From Hemiscyllium ocellatum (Eukaryota): a stretch of 64,000 bases of DNA. The DNA lies in contig NC_083408.1 in NCBI RefSeq assembly GCF_020745735.1, positions 6,089,131 to 6,153,130 on the forward strand. Reading direction: 5' to 3'. How positions within the stretch are numbered: the first letter of the stretch is position 1; every line of letters starts with the position of its first letter. This document shows, piece by piece, positions 1-12,712 of this stretch. The notes beneath the pieces are model-generated. The model ran no database searches. It was not told where the DNA came from and worked only from the letters and a program-made list of their open reading frames with translations. The translations under genes were made by a program, and so were the position numbers.

Positions 1-174
1 TTGGGAGACAACATGTAAAATATTTATGTGCTGAGTAATAATTCGAGTTCCTCATCAAGCTGACATCGCAATGCTTGCATTTTAAATGGTTATACTGCAG
101 CAAAGATGATCAGATATTTGCCACAATTTACAACAGGAAATAATCAGATACTGATGTTGACTTACAACTGTACA

Positions 175-600
175 TGATAGAGTACATAACTTTAATGGAC
201 AGAAGGAGGTTATTGGGCCACTGTGTATGCATCAGCTCCAGAAATGTCTCCCAAACTCCTCCCATTTACCACCCAGTCTCTCTAGCCCTTTACATTCGTA
301 ACTTACAAACATATATCCACTTCCCTTTTGAATCTTCATTCGCAAATCTCCCAGACAGAGCATTCTAAATTTTAACAAATATCTCATTAAAGAAGTTTTT
401 CCTTATCTCGCTCCTAGCTCTTGTGCTGACAATCTTGAAACTAGGACTCCTAGACGCTGTAATGCCAACGGACAGAAACAGAATATTTGTATTTTAACTT
501 GACATTTTTTGCATAATTTTGAGCACTGCAATAAGTTCACAGCTTTGTCCTTTCTGCTAAATGAAGAGTAACCCTAATTGCACGCATCCTAATTCGTTCA
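175..600 (-). mobile_element. Old CR1-clade LINE 3' remnant
   Basis: Degenerate reverse complement of CR1 RT C-terminus and 3' UTR motifs (e.g. gagcattcta, ttccttatctcgctcctagct, taattttgagcactgcaataag). Confidence 0.6.
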
Positions 601-654
601 TTCCAGTTGTCATTCTGATTATTTATAAAGTTGCTGATATTCTTCTTCAAAGGA

Positions 655-783
655 ATGTGGTGTGCGTTTGTCTGTGTGTCTCTCTGTGTGTGCGCGCTTA
701 TGTGTGTCTGGGTGTGCATTTGTGTGTATACGTCTGTCTGTGTGTGCAGGTGTGTGTGTGACAGAGAGAAAGAGAGAGAGAGA
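655..783. repeat. Degenerate (GT)n plus (GA)n microsatellite
   Basis: Directly visible; explains the spurious Cys/Val- and Thr/His-rich ORFs at 537-864. Confidence 0.95.
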
Positions 784-819
784 ACAATCCACTGGAATGT
801 CTGAATTACTCCCAGTTCC

Positions 820-2235
820 ACGAGGAAAAGAGGTAATGATTAGAAATGCGGTATAGTTTAACATGTGGTTAAAGAACTAGTGCAGGGGTGAGGGTTTCAA
901 TTTTTGGATCATTAGGTTCTCTTCCAGGGCAAGTGAGAGCTTTCAAAAATGGACAGGTTGCACCTTTACTGGAGGAGCACTAACATCATTGTGGGGAGGT
1001 TTGCGAGTGGAAATTGGGTGGATTTAAACTAATAAACCAGGAACCAAAGTAGCAGGTCACAACCTGAGCATAAGGTAGAGGTGAATAGGACAAGAGGCAT
1101 GGCCAGGCTCATGACCATGGTGAAGGACGGATCATGTCAATTCAAAATGTGAGTTAGAGATTGGAATGAATTATAGAGATGAGGCGCATAATTATTAGGG
1201 ATTAGCAAATAAGGTTAGACAGTGTAGGGGATGTGAGGTAGTGAAGTGTGTGAGACCAGGAAGCTAGTGTACAAAAAGTATTACAAGGGAAAGACAAACG
1301 AATAAAACTCATTTAAAACTTTGTATCTAAAAACACAAAGCATTTGGAAAAAAAACATTGCTGACTTGACAACAGGTATAGAGACAAATGGGTATGATCT
1401 GGTGAGGATTACTTAAAGGGAGATCAGGACTGTGCAGTGACATGTCCATGGGCACTCACTATTCCGGAAGGTTAGACAAGGAGGAGCAAGAGGTGGAATT
1501 GATGTATTGGTTAAGGATGACATCAAGGCTGTATTAGGAAATAATATTCACACGAGGGAACGACATGTAAATCAGTCCAGAAATAAACAAAAGGCAAGAG
1601 AAGAAACCTCTTGGGAAGAGTAAAGTTCAGCCACTGTTCACCCGAAACATTTCTGCATTTGGAAATAAAGATGGCTGTTGACAAGGGCTCAACGGTGGGA
1701 TGAACATGCATATTGACTCAAAGGTACCCTCGAAGAACAATTCGTAGACTGTAAGAAGGGTAGTTTTTGAGAGAAACATGTCATGGATTCAACCAGAGAA
1801 TGGGTTAATTCAGAATTGATATTATGTGACAAGGAAGGATTGATAAATGATTTTGCAGTTAATGATCTTCTTGGAAGCAGTGACTGCAACATGATGTAGT
1901 TTCAAACTCAGTTTGAACGCATAAGGACAGATGCACATATGACGGTTTTCGTGTTGAGCAATGATACTTATATTGGGCCAAGGAAGGAGGTGGCTTGGGT
2001 GGACTGGCCAGGAAAAACAAACACAAAACTGTCAAGGGCAGGACAGATAAAAAGAATGGTAAAGACACAAGGAGATACTAAATAATCTCTAAAGTAAATT
2101 GGTGAGAGGAAGAGGAATTGTGCAATGGAGAGAAGTCATCCATGATTTGACACAGAAATCAATAATATCCTGAGGGAAAAGTCTTGGGCAAATCATATTA
2201 TACAAGTCAGTCACACTCTGGAAGACTGGGCAAGG
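820..2235 (+). mobile_element. Decayed CR1 LINE: ORF1 SGNH-esterase C-terminus, spacer and ORF2 AP-endonuclease
   Basis: Translates with stops to NMWLKN*CRGEGFQFLDH...DRLHLYWRSTNIIVGRFA (CR1 ORF1 esterase end), then endonuclease-like pieces (gggtatgatctggtg, ggaggagcaagaggtggaatt, cttggaagcagtgactgcaac). Confidence 0.75.
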
Positions 2236-2242
2236 CAGTGGA

Positions 2243-2443
2243 TTGGTGGTGTTATCGCTTAACTGTTAAGCGAGAGACCCAGCTAATGTTCTGATGACCT
2301 GGATTTGAATTCTGTCATGGGAGATGGTAGAGCTTGAATTCAAATGTGGAATTAAGATACTGATGGTGATCATGAATCAATTGTACGGGAAATTTCATCT
2401 GCTTCACTAATGTCCTTTAAGGAAGTAATTTCCATCCTTACCA
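2243..2443 (+). mobile_element. SacSINE1-like (Deu-domain) SINE, partial
   Basis: Motifs ggatttgaattctgtcatgg, gaattcaaatgtggaattaag, ttcactaatgtcctttaaggaag match my recollection of the shark DeuSINE consensus. Confidence 0.7.
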
Positions 2444-2444
2444 A

Positions 2445-2890
2445 ATACTCATCACTCTCTGGCTGAAGACATTTCTCCTTATCTCCAATATAAAAGGTCT
2501 TTCCTGAACTATGATACCATGCCTTTGTGCCCTTTCCCTCCTAACAATGGAAGCATCTTTCTGACATATTTTCTGTCCAGGCATTTAGTATTTTGTATGA
2601 TTCAGTGAGATTCCCTCATCGTTCTCAACTTCAGCGAGATTAATCCCAGAGACCTCATATGTTCGGCTTTTCATTCCTGAGGCCATTCCTGTGAACTGCC
2701 TCTGAACACGCTCGAGGGGCAGTATATCCTTCCTGACATATGGGGTCCGAAACATCACACAATGATCCAAACGTGGTCTGATTAGAGACTTATAGGGTCT
2801 TAGAATTACATCCATGCTTTTCTACATAAGCCCTCTCAAAATAAATGTCATCATTTTATTCGCCTTTCTGACCAGTCTTGCCACCTGAAA
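2445..2890 (-). mobile_element. CR1 LINE RT C-terminal fragment
   Basis: ORF 2585..2815(-) YKSLIRPRLDHCVMFRTPYVRKDILPLERVQRQFT matches the CR1 motif LYxxLVRPHLEYCVQFWSPYxxKDIxxLERVQRRFT. Confidence 0.85.
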
Positions 2891-3959
2891 CACTGAAATT
2901 ATAATGGACAATAACTAATTACCATGGAGTTACAAAAATGAACAATGATTAAAGCATGCTGGGAAATGGATCCCGGCCTTGAGTGAACTCTCTGTGCTAA
3001 TCCACATGCTGCAGAATCCAGACAGGCTGCGGCTACGCACAGACAGTTTGAAAACAAACTTGACAGCTCCAGACCCTGCAATACAACCCTTGGGTGATCA
3101 ATGTGCCACCCTCTGGTTGGCTCTGTTTGATCAGGGTAATTCATCATGGTTATTCTGTTGACAAATCCTCCATAATCTCCCAAAATAAGGTGAAGACTCT
3201 GAAGAATGAGAATCACCACAAAACCCATCTTAGTGCAGTAAATCGAGAATAACCACCAAAACAGAAGATACCTCCAAGTCCATCGTAACAAGGAGAAATC
3301 AGCACGTGGAGCCCAGCAACGTTCTGTTGGCGTGGTATACAATCATACAAAACTAAGTTAAAGCAAAAGGTAGTTTGCCATGTGTTTTGTTACATTATAG
3401 TAAAAATTATTGATCTAATATTAATTGTGTCAATAAACAGATGTTGTTTATGAGTCGACTCACAGTTCTTTTGGTGAATATAAAATTTTAAAACACGCTT
3501 TGTCGTGACAGAAACATTTCCAAAAAAATTGAGTTTTCCTTGAGACAACCTTTAACTAGAACTTCCGAAGTCTCTTTACACTTCAGACCGAAGAATCTTC
3601 CCGCACTTAGAAAACAGTCCATGCCTGTATTATTCTTACCTCACATTAACTCCCATTGTACTCCATCTGCCACTTCTTTGCCCAATCTCCTAACGTGTCT
3701 AAACCCTTCTGCAGCCTCTCCATTTCCGCAATGCTACCTGTCTCTCCACCTATGTTTCTAGCAACCTATGTCTTTGACGAAATATTCTGTTTGCATTATG
3801 GAAGAATATAAACATGTAAACCTGCTTGAGATTCCACAGATAATTTCAAATGTTTGTATTTTTCATAATATAAACCGAATGTTTGGTCAAAGTCATAGGC
3901 TGTTGCCACATTCCAATGGAATTGACAATGTAATATTTTTCCTTTACTTGTTTTTATTT

Positions 3960-4690
3960 GAAAATGAAGATAACCCGAGTTAATAAAATGATATAAGTGG
4001 GTTAAATGAACAACAAATATTGGTGTACGGAGAATAGAATGGAAAATGTGTCTGTGTTCTGATATGTTGGAAGTTTAATGGAAACGCACAAATTACTTAA
4101 ATGGAGATATTCGATTGAGGCACAGGCGAATCAGGCACCTGGATCACACAAAAAAAGGTCGTGTACATCAAGGTTTTAGAAAGACCAGACAAATGTTGAA
4201 ACTTTTTTGAAACAGAATTCATTCAGAAGTAGGAAAACTTTTCTACAGTTTTAGAGGGTACTGGGGTGACCACATTCAAAGAGCTGTGGCCATAATGACA
4301 TGCAAAGCAGTCCAGAGAAGATTCACTCAACTGACTCCTGTGAAGAATTGTATTTCAGGAGGAAATATTGACCAGGCAGGTCCTGGATCTCCTGGAGTTC
4401 AGCTGGACAATATGTGATCTTGCTTAACCTCAGAATATTCCTAATAATCTTTTTAAGTTGAATTCAGAAATAATATTTCAGTTTGTATGAGAGATTACAA
4501 TAAGTGGATGGAAAGTAAAACTGAAGAATATCTCATTTCATAAAATGTGGGTTGTTTCAGCTCTTTCAACGTGTTGTGTATTTGTGAAACTCTCTTCCCA
4601 GAGAGCGATGAAGGCTAGGACATTGAATATTCATAAGGGAGAGGCAGGCACATTCCAGACTAAGAATGACACGCTCACATTGTAAGGGCA
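3960..4690 (+). mobile_element. Old CR1 LINE 3' half remnant
   Basis: Degenerate CR1 nucleotide motifs (gcagtccagagaagattcactcaactgactcctg; ctcttcccagagagcgatgaaggctaggacattgaatattc). Confidence 0.6.
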
Positions 4691-6039
4691 AAGAAGGAAC
4701 ACTTCCGCCTGATGCTAGTTTCTACTTTTTTGTTGTCTCCAGCTACCGAAAAATTAGGAAATCATTCTCATGAACAGATTGATGTGCACAACTTTCCAAA
4801 TGTGTTTTTTTTAAAAGTGAAAACTCCTTTGAAACTGTTTAGAAATTAGATAATGTCGAATAGATGTCTTAATAGTCCAGCTTCTTTTCAGTTGTTGTGA
4901 GGCGAGTTTCGTTAGCACAGCCACCGATCTGTTGCCTATGTCTAATTTTCACTCATAATGTGTTAGTGAACCCCAGTAGTCCTCGTGGTGCAGGAACACT
5001 GACATTTTAGTTTCAGAGAGATTTACAGGATTCTGATCAAGTGACAGTGAAGGGACACTGGTTTTGAATCAAGTAAGGATGCCGTGTGTCCTTGGAGATT
5101 ATATTCTTCACCATTTGATACTCACAAGCTATGGAAATGGTGAGACTATTTTCTGTTTTCAAGAATGAAAAGGTAGAGTCATATGACGCACAAACAGGCC
5201 ATTCAGCGCAACGTGTCTACACCAGCTAGAAAACACCAAACTACACTAATGGACGTTGACTCAAGGCGCATGGCTGACTCTGCTTTGGCATTTTATGCTC
5301 ATTCTGCTGCTGATTAAAACTACATTAACTTGTGTTATTCGTGACCTGGGCTGTCATTTGGCCTTTTATTTCAATGTATTCAAGAAATGGTTTCTGCAAA
5401 TGCATCACACTACTTCAAAGTCTGCAACCAGCTCATTAGATCAATAAACATGGTTATGTTGTTCAATTATTGTGAGGAAATTGGATTTTTCAAAAAATCA
5501 TTTGGGATGTTAATGGAGCTAGTCCAACATTAATTGCTGATGAGAAGTTCCAGTACAGTTGGTGTTGGTCCATCCAAGTGGCTGTTTGGAGGGAGTGCCA
5601 GCTGTGAATCTTTTTTGCCAGTTTACCTGGGAGTAAGTATCACTGGTGGTGGACGTCGTGTTAAACAAGCCGCTGTGCTGTGATGAACAACTGGCAGAAA
5701 AACGCTGGAAAACTGACTCTTTGTCAAAGAGAATATGTGGCAAGGAATTTATTTCTCTGCAGAGAAATAACAACCTTACAACTAGTAGTCGATGATATTG
5801 GTGTCCTTAAACTAATGGTGTCAAACAGCTGGAATAATGTTGGTGGGCTTATTGAACGAAACTTACACTGAGCATATGAATTAGCTTGGATATTTTCAGA
5901 GTTGGATTGCTGTCTTTGCTTTAGTAAGTGCTGATGTTCCATGGGATGATGCTGATTTGTAATCTCCCTACTTAGGGAGCACAGTTCGATGGAACAAACC
6001 AACAATTACCATTGGGTAGTGCTTCACAATATTTCATGG

Positions 6040-6560
6040 AATCGTATAATAAAGAAGATGCATATCAAATCTGGCACCATCAAGTGCTGATACAAGTGTT
6101 TTGCCAAGTTTGTAAGGTTTCCTTCCTCAACCACCCTCACAGGCAATGCATTCCAGAAGCATATCACCCTCTGAGTTCAAAACAGTATTCACAAATCCTC
6201 ACTTAATCTCTTGTCTTTCACATTAAACGTCTATCCCTTTGTATTTAACCGTTTGACGAAGGTCAAACAGCTGCTGTTTGTTCACTCTGTCTATACCTCT
6301 CATGTTGTTATACACCTCTATCGGGTTCACACCATAACCTTCTCTGCTCCAAAGTAAAGTAAAAGCAAATCTAGCCTATCTTCATGGCATGCGTACTCTC
6401 TTGTGTTGTTTTTCTTTCAAAATGCAGCATCTCACATATTGCAGTGTTAAGTTTTTCGGTCATTAATCTGGCCATCTGAAAAATCCGGTTGTACCGTCTT
6501 GTAACCTAACATTTACATCCTCACTGTGAATCACCGGAATACTCCATGTATCAGCCACAA
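6040..6560 (-). mobile_element. Old CR1 LINE remnant
   Basis: Reverse-complement CR1 motifs (caggcaatgcattccag, tatacacctctatcggg, tttcaaaatgcagcatctcaca). Confidence 0.6.
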
Positions 6561-8649
6561 CATTGTTTATCACGCTCTTACCCCCATTCCCATCTCCTAC
6601 ATTCATACCATCAACGTGTATGAATATCAGAAACAAAGCTTGATTTTCAACCTGTTCTACAGTCGTTGTTGCAGAGGAAGAATTGATAATTCCAGTCGAT
6701 AGTTTTCCCTCTTTTGGTAAATTTGCAGCATGATGCAGGAGAGGGCTTTTATTAGGGAGCCACGAATAGTATTTTGGACATGGAACTGAATTCTGGGTTT
6801 ATACTCCGGCCCTCTGCATGTATTATTCATCAGGCTTGTACATCATTATTCTTGGACTCGCTTTTGGCACTGTGCACTGCAGCATTTCCATCTTATGTGG
6901 GCCTGCAGATCATTCTTTATAGCGTTCACTGTAATCCCGTCAGAGTACAGGGAACATTTTTAATCTGCAGGATGGACGCAGGCTCATTCATGAAGTTAGT
7001 TTGAAAGAACTAAGGTGATCAGGATAAAGATTCAATTAAATTCTGCATCATACGCATGCAGTAGAAATTCAAATCACATTCGCATTTCTACAGTGAATTG
7101 GAAGCAAATTCATAGAAGAAAACACTCACCGTTCTGGATATTTTTTAGTGACATAAAATGACATAATGTTGAGATAATAAATTGGAGAGAAAAAAAATGT
7201 CTGCCATTGATGGAGATACACAAATGTGGAGTGGATGTACAATATGAACAAGAATCCTGTTAATAAAAGAAGTATAAGAAATTTTTTTCCTAATATTCGA
7301 AGGAAACCATATCCCAATTTTCCTTAACAGTGATGTTGATTGTCCATCAATCTCAGTTTTCCAACTGCATGGTATTGCCTGCCACAGATGGTCCTTCTGA
7401 CAGACTATCTCCTCGCCTTCCTACTCTTTCCTTACCCACCTACTTCCCTTGCATTGCCCCTTCTGCTGTGCCATACCTTTCCACTGACCATCTCCGTTCA
7501 CACTTGTTGTACTGTGTATCACACCACTTTCATATTACTCCCAATTTCCCTGACTCTCCATTTCCCTTGTTGCTCTCACACTAAATGCTAAAAATTGCTG
7601 ACTTCTATGCTACTACATGTCATCAGTGAATGGTGCGTTTGAAATGATCACTATCCAACAGCAACAGAAAATAGCATGTTTGCCACTGTCTGATGCTCCG
7701 TGAACAGGATGGTTTTGTTAACTATTGGTACAGAGTGGAGTTTCTTCTTGTCCCTCTATCACAGCACAACCAAACAGCCTCATCACCAACAGAAGAAACA
7801 TCTTGGGACAGAATTGGAAGTCCATGTATCAATTTTCTTTTGTATATTATGAGGATATTGTTCAAAAAAACAGTATTTTTGTCTTATGGTCCTTGATCTT
7901 TCAACTGATCTTGCAATATCATTTGAGGTGAGATAAGAGAGACTTCCCTTCAAATCGAAGCAGGACTTGACTGAGCGTGGAATCAAGGACCCTGAGCAAA
8001 ACTGTGATTAATGGGAATTTGAGAACATTCTGCACTGGTAATGGGAACAATGGGAAAACAATCTCTACAAGTTATCTTCCAAGTTACATGCCATCCTGAC
8101 GAGGAACTAATTTGCTGTTGCTTCACTACCAGTTGTTAAAACATCTTGGAATGTGGCTACAAACAGCTGTGTGTACGAGTATCACTAGGACAGAAGACAT
8201 TCAGATAGGCTGCTCTATGTCGCCTTTTCCAGAGTGATTGTGTTTGACACGTAAAATCTGCCCATGCCCGTGGATAACTATGCCCTGTATCAACGTATCT
8301 TATGTTTCCACAGTTTCGTCTAAAGTTTCAGAAATGTAAGACCTTGCTGAATGAGAATGACCCTTGTGACACCAGGAGCATAAGATGACATTAAGGTAAT
8401 GATTGGTATCATTAATTCAATTGGTTACTAATAGAGGATTGATCATGTGATTCGTGGCCACTGAATTCAACATCCTCATGATGATTTATGACAAGGAAAA
8501 TGTTATTAATATTTAGGGGTCTATCAAATAAAAACCTTTTACATTTTCATTCATTAACCATAACCAATACATGAGAGTTAACTGAAATGGCAGCTTCACT
8601 GTTCCCTTTCATATGAGAAAAATACGCACATTCCTAAAGAGAAAGGAAG

Positions 8650-8845
8650 TTGGAAGTGCTGGAAAACTTCAGCAAGTCTAGCAGCATCTGAGCAGAAAGA
8701 TTATTAACGTTCTGAGACCAATATGACTTTTTTCAGAACACAGTTCATGTTCATCTCAATATGTTAACTCTCTTTCACTTTCAAGATACTAACTCATCAG
8801 CTGTGTTTCAACAACATTTTCCACTTGCATTTGAGATTTCCAAGT
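8650..8845. mobile_element. Penelope-like pLTR-derived imperfect inverted repeat
   Basis: gtgctggaaaacttcagcaagtctagcagcatc...ttaacgttc followed by reverse-complement arm gttaactc...ctgtgtttcaacaacattt; same family at about 13530, 40250, 53620-53850 and 62195. Confidence 0.55.
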
Positions 8846-8883
8846 TCCTTCGTATACGCTAGCGCAGTGACATATTTGGATTG

Positions 8884-9190
8884 GTGGCACGGTGGCTCAG
8901 TGGTTAGCACAGCTGTCTCGAAGCACCTGGGTAGCTACACTCAATGCCACCCTTGGGCCACTGTCTGTATTGAGCTTTCATATTCTTCCCGTGTCTGCAG
9001 GTGTTTCGTCCAGGTGATTCTGATTCCTCCCAACTGACCATGAAAAATTGTCCATCTGCAGCTACTTCCTTTATATATGGGAGATAAAGGAATCGTGTAG
9101 GAGGTGGACCTGGGTCCAATGTTCTTCAGAGGATCAGTGTCAGCTCGATGGGCCGAATGTTTTATTTTAACACTTTAAAATTGTATATCA
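8884..9190 (+). mobile_element. HE1-type tRNA-derived V-SINE (degenerate)
   Basis: Head gtggcacggtggctcagtggttagcac (Pol III A box), V-domain-like ttcttcccgtgtctgc, CR1-like tail gctcgatgggccgaat. Confidence 0.8.
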
Positions 9191-9334
9191 TTGCGGCAAC
9201 AAAGGCGGTGGTTACTGGGGTCAACATCTCTGCATCAGCACGTAATGAGCTATATTTATACTGATGTTGCACTGTATTCTTCCCATGGCCCAGCACATTG
9301 TGTTATCCATGTCATGGTTTTTGATTCTGAATAT

Positions 9335-11172
9335 TCTGTGTTTAGAAGAGCCAGGAGGGGACATGAGAAGTCGTTGGTAGATTGGGTCAAGGAAAACCCG
9401 AAGGCTTTTGATAACTATATCAGGAATAAAAAGATGACTAGAGTAAGATTAGGGCCTATCAAATGTAATAGTGGGTAGTTGTGTTTGGAGTCAGAGGAGA
9501 TAGGGAAAGAGCTAAGTGATTTTTTTCATCAGTATTCACACTAGTAAATAAACAATGTTGTCGAGGAGAATCCTGAGATACAGGTCAGTAGATTAGATAG
9601 GATAAAGGTTCACACGGAAGAGGTTTCAGCAATTATAGAAAGTGTAAAAATAGATAACACCGCTGTGCTGGATGGGATTTACCCTAGGATTCTCTGGGAA
9701 GACAGGGAGGAGATTGCAGAGCATTTAGCTTTGATCCTTATGTTATTGTCTACAGGAATAGTGCAGTAGGCTGGAGGATAGCAAATATTGTTACCTTATT
9801 CATGAAGGGGAGTAGAGTCTAATTCTCGACCAGTTAGTGTTACTTTGGTTATGGGTAAAGTATTGAAATTGTTAAAGAGATAGGGATTATACTGACCTAG
9901 AAAGCCAGAATTTGATTAGGTATAGTCAACACGGTTTTGGTGAAGGGTAGATTGTGCCTCAGAAACCTTATTGAATTTTTTGAGAAGGTGACCAAACAGG
10001 TGGATGCAGATTAAACGGTTGATATAGTGTATGTGACATTCAGTAAAGCATTTGGTAAGGTTCCCCACGATAGGCTATTGCAAAAAAAAACATGGAAGCA
10101 TGGGATTGAAGGTAATTTAACAGTTTGCATCAGGAATTGGCCAGCTGAAAGAAGACAGAAGGTGGTAGCTGATGGGAATTGTTCATCCTGGAGTTCAGTT
10201 ACAAGTGGCGTACCGCAAGGATCTGTTTTGGCCCACTGCTTTTTGACATTTTTATGAACGATCTGGATGATGGAGTAGAAGGATGGGTTCGTAAATTTGT
10301 AGATGACACTGAGGTCTTGCGAATTGTGATTAGTGCCAAGCGATGCTGTGGGTTACAGCAGGACAGAGATAATTTGGAGGCTGGACTGTGAGGTGGCAAT
10401 TGGAATGCAATGCGGCAAAATGTCAGGTGATTCACTTTGGATGGAGAAAAAGGAATGCAGACTATTGGACTCTTTGTAAGACTCTTGGTAGTGTAGATGA
10501 GGAGAGATTCCTCAGTGTCCATGTACATAGGTCCCTGAAAGTTGCTACCCAGTTTGATAGGATTGTTCAGAAGGCATATGGTGTGTTTGGTTTTATTAGT
10601 AGAGGGATTGAGTTTCGGAACAATTGGGTCATGTTGCAGCTGTACAAAACCCAGGTGCAGCCGCACTTGCACTGTTGAATACAGTTCTGGTCACCTCATT
10701 TATGGAAGGATGTGGAATCTTTGGAAAGGTTTCAGAGGAGCTTTACTAGGCTGTTGCCTGGTTGGACGTCTAATGAGGAAAGGCTGAGGGACTTGCGGCT
10801 GTCTTAATTTGAGAGAATGTTAAGAGGTAACTTAATTCAGGCGTATTATATAATCAAAGATTAGATAGACTGGATAGCGAGAGCGTGTTTCTTGGATGGC
10901 AATGGCTAGCACGAGGATACAAAGATTTAAATTGAGATGTAAAGGATACAGGGCAGATGCCAGAGGTCGTTTCTTTACTCAAAGAGTAGCGGTGTGTGGA
11001 ACTCACTGCCTGCAACAGAAGTTGACTCGCCAAATTTAAGGACAGGTAAGTGGTCATTGGATAGGTATATGGATGAAAAATCGAGTACTGTAGGTTAGTT
11101 GGGCTTCAGATTGGTTTCATAGGTTGGCACAACATTGAGGGCAGAACTGCGCTGTAATGTACTGTGTTCTAT
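9335..11172 (+). mobile_element. 5'-truncated CR1/HER1-type LINE, ORF2 RT with stops and frameshifts
   Basis: ORFs give RRARRGHEKSLVDWVKENPKAFDNYIRNK, FSKAFGKVPHDRLL, VTSGVPQGSVL, KFVDDT, LQLYKTQVQPHL; ends in a 3' UTR with gttcta-type tail. Confidence 0.93.
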
Positions 11173-11264
11173 ATGTGCACAATCCTGTAGAACTGTATAT
11201 GCACTGATTACATACTTATGCAGCATACAATTCTTTCCATTTGACATTGTCGTGTTCACATTGA

Positions 11265-11530
11265 TCAAATGCAAGTAGTGTGGAAACGGGTCCTTGGAAG
11301 AGTAACCTACACTGACCGATTCTTCAACCCCGATATTAACCCCTCACTAACGTGCCTAACCTACACATCGGTGAACACAATGAGAAGATTAGCTTCGCCA
11401 ATTCACCTAATCTGCACATCTTTGAACTGTGGGATGAAATAAGCATAGACTTGGGGAGAATATGCAAACTCCACAGAGAATCACCTGAGGCTGCAATCGA
11501 ACCAGATCCGGAGCACTGTGAAAGTTTAGC
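11265..11530 (-). mobile_element. HE1-type SINE
   Basis: Reverse complement of HE1 body: gccaattcacctaatctgcacatctttgaactgtgg, gggagaatatgcaaactccacagag, gcaatcgaacc. Confidence 0.85.
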
Positions 11531-12450
11531 ACTAATCCCTGACCCGCAGAGATACATCAGCAATCAGCATTCTATCTCAGTTTCGTTGCTGTGTTTTGCA
11601 TTTCATTCTGTCTACCAGGAAGCGTGATGGTGATTGGGGAATTATCGTTGTCTTCCCCTCAAATGTCCACAACCACTGCTCCCATTCCTTTCTGTCTCCT
11701 AACTAATATTATTTTCATACTGTCCCAGGCTCATTAATCCATGGGTTTTAATGAACAAGGTCGTTGTACATGCCATTTTTTTTTCTATTTGGAATGAAGT
11801 AAAAAAAATGTAAATCTCACTGTTTTAAAGCGGATAAAACAGCAATAAAGATGCTTGCCAGTTTAAAAAAAATCCTGAGGCGCAACTTGTGTGTTGACAT
11901 TACAACATTACTTCAGACAGCAGTCAGGGTCATTACCGCACCTATCCAAGCTTCCTCTCTAAGGCCAGGGCAACGCTGCCCAGGGACAATCTTTTGGATG
12001 GCAGTTGTTCTAGCGGAGGAGAGAAGAGCACAATAACAACAACTTGATTGTGTGATTTTTGGGGCTGCAAGCCATTACAACATTGTACATGAACAACACA
12101 GCAGAATCATCTAACCTGCGAAAAGAAAACATCCATCAGTTCCCCCCCACCATCACGCCCGCCGCGCCACTGACTGCATGAGTGAATGGAGATGAGACCA
12201 ATACCTACTGATGTTGACATCCAATCCAGTCTAGTTGTTAATGTGAGCTGAAAGGCTGTATTGAATGGGGTGACCTGGAACTGTTCGTTCAGTAACTCTG
12301 ATTGATGTCAGTCTCCATGGACTCTAACTGTGTCAATAGAGGCTTTCTCTCTCCTATTAGTAAGTTACATATTTCGGTGCTTTTTCCCATGGTAGCAGCA
12401 GATACATCACCTTCAACACTAACGGAGTCAGTAGATACAGAGACAGGGAG

Positions 12451-12712
12451 ATGACATATCAGAATCTGAGAACAACATATTGGAATGTTCCAGTAATGGA
12501 TCATAACCTGAGAACATTACACTGGAATGTTACAACAATGGATCAGAATCTGAGAACAATAGACTAGAATGTAACAACAATGGACAGGAGTTTAACCGAT
12601 GGTCATTTCTTGTTTTCGTGGTCTGGGTCAATATTACCATTGCAAATATTCGATGTACCGATGATTATTCAGGCAGGTTATTATTCCACCCTCGCTATTG
12701 TTGGTTTACCTG
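12451..12712 (+). pseudogene. First coding exon of a shark GPR139-like class A GPCR. In-frame TAG at 12565-12567; a shorter reading from ATG 12580 is open
   Basis: Translates MTYQNLRTTYWNVPVMDHNLRTLHWNVTTMDQNLRTID*NVTTMDRSLTDGHFLFSWSGSILPLQIFDVPMIIQAGYYSTLAIVGLP(G). The I(Q)xxYYxxLAIVGxP motif ending at a phase-1 donor (cctg|gtaggt, GT at 12713) matches my recollection of the TM1-start exon of the expanded chondrichthyan GPR139-like family. Confidence 0.75.
12454..12597 (+). repeat. Coding tandem repeat, about 3.4 copies of a 42-bp unit (itself two related 21-bp halves)
   Basis: Units acatatcagaatctgagaacaacatattggaatgttccagta / atggatcataacctgagaacattacactggaatgttacaaca / atggatcagaatctgagaacaatagactagaatgtaacaaca / atggacaggagtttaacc. 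Confidence 0.9.

Noticed and set aside
2899-3342. 147-aa minus-strand ORF
   Set aside because: No recognisable domain, non-ATG start, no supporting splice structure; origin unresolved
12454-12597. CRISPR-like array
   Set aside because: Head-to-tail coding repeat without unique spacers, no cas genes, vertebrate context
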